64,000 nt of DNA. It comes from Setoptus koraiensis (lineage: Eukaryota > Animalia > Arthropoda). The position numbers were made by a program, and so were the translations under genes. Of this stretch, positions 63,322-64,000 are shown piece after piece (the first letter of the stretch is position 1; each line of letters begins with the position of its first letter). The notes under the pieces are model-generated. The model searched no databases, was not told where the DNA came from, and saw only the letters and a list, made by a program, of their open reading frames with translations. Location of the stretch: assembly GCA_048013815.1 (NCBI GenBank), contig CM106586.1, positions 8,060,001 through 8,124,000 on the forward strand. The letters run 5' to 3'.

Positions 63322-63549
63322 ATGTTCCTACTAAATAATAAATTGATTCAACTAACCAAAATAGTAGCCTCACCTGTTACCGTCACCCAAGTGAGGTTCA
63401 AGCCACACCAGCAATACATCAGTTGTATGTTTCCAACGGAGGTTAAGCGAGTCAGGAAGCAGGGATACCTAAACAAAGTGAAGACTGTCAACGGACGACG
63501 ACTGCTCATGCAGAGGATCCTTGACGGCAAAAAAATTATTGCTCACTAA
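63322..63549 (+). CDS. mRpL34: Mitochondrial ribosomal protein L34 (bL34m), 75 aa, intronless
   Basis: From ATG 63322, the N-terminus is basic/hydroxylated with no acidic residues (transit-peptide-like). It is followed by FPTEVKRVRKQGYLNKVKTVNGRRLLMQRILDGKKIIAH*, matching the bL34 pattern P..xKRxRKHGW..RM.T..GRRVL.RR..KGR..LSH. Confidence 0.82.
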   Translation: MFLLNNKLIQLTKIVASPVTVTQVRFKPHQQYISCMFPTEVKRVRKQGYLNKVKTVNGRRLLMQRILDGKKIIAH

Positions 63550-63622
63550 ATCACAGTATTCTATTATATTTAGTCTGGCGCCACTAGTTTTAGTCATCTA
63601 CTGACATTAGGAAATAGCAACG

Positions 63623-63819
63623 ATGGACAAAGTCAAGAAGGTATTCATTGTTCTGTCTGGCAAGGGAGGCGTTGGAAAGAGCACAGTTGCCTGTCAATTG
63701 GCTATCGCATTGTCAGCACAAAACAAAAAGGTCGGATTGTTGGATGTAGATATTTGCGGACCAAGCTTGGCAAAGATGCTCTCAGTGGAGGACGGACAGG
63801 TTATTCAAACTCAAGATGG
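63623..63819 (+). CDS. NUBP2: Cytosolic Fe-S cluster assembly factor NUBP2/Cfd1, exon 1
   Basis: [27 protein letters not shown]...[11 protein letters not shown] is the Mrp/NBP35 deviant Walker A plus the DxDxCGPS motif. It lacks the N-terminal Fe-S extension of NUBP1. The exon end is 63819 (GC donor) or 63823 (GT donor). Confidence 0.88.
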
Positions 63820-63971
63820 GCAAGTATTATACATTTGATCTAGCATAACAAGTCCAAGCACCCACAATACTTCACTTCTTCCAAGACATTCCAAGAATCA
63901 CTGTTGATTTATCTAAACAGTTGATTTTACTTTCACATTTACTTTTTTCTCTTGTCGACGTACACAAAAAG

Positions 63972-64000
63972 TTGGCAGCCAGTGAAGGTTCGAGACGATC
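63972..64000 (+). CDS. NUBP2: NUBP2 exon 2 (partial, runs off the window)
   Basis: After AG at 63970-63971, the frame reads (G)WQPVKVRDD, matching the conserved GWxPV motif of NUBP proteins. Confidence 0.7.

Noticed and set aside
63322-64000. Bacterial-looking rpmH + mrp/apbC pair as horizontal transfer or contamination
   Set aside because: L34 has a transit-peptide-like N-terminus, the Mrp-family gene has a spliceosomal intron, and both are contiguous with an intron-rich animal gene.

Overview
Eukaryotic DNA, probably from a compact arthropod genome such as a mite. That assignment is inferred from the short housekeeping genes and extreme CAA/CAG microsatellite load; it is not proven. The window is dominated by one minus-strand RasGRF gene (PH-CC-IQ-DH-PH-REM-CDC25). 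I reconstructed it by hand as 11 coding exons from ATG 61610 to stop 8003, all with GT-AG introns in compatible phases. It encodes about 3,898 aa, roughly three times a vertebrate RasGRF, because low-complexity inserts split PH1, PH2 and REM. Intron 7 holds a 752-codon ORF that can splice in frame to exon 8 and looks like an alternative first exon for a REM-CDC25-only isoform. At the left edge is a >1,630-codon minus-strand ORF (ATG 4904) that runs off the window and is missing from the supplied ORF track. At the right edge, mitochondrial ribosomal protein L34 ends only 73 nt before the ATG of a NUBP2/Cfd1-like gene, whose first intron is probably GC-AG. The introns contain an internally deleted Tc1/Tc3-like transposon, several MITE-like inverted-repeat elements, many short minisatellites, and a strong excess of GGGCCC and TTACG(C/T)AA motifs. 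I found no rRNA, tRNA or CRISPR array. All exon calls and counts were made by eye, without database searches.
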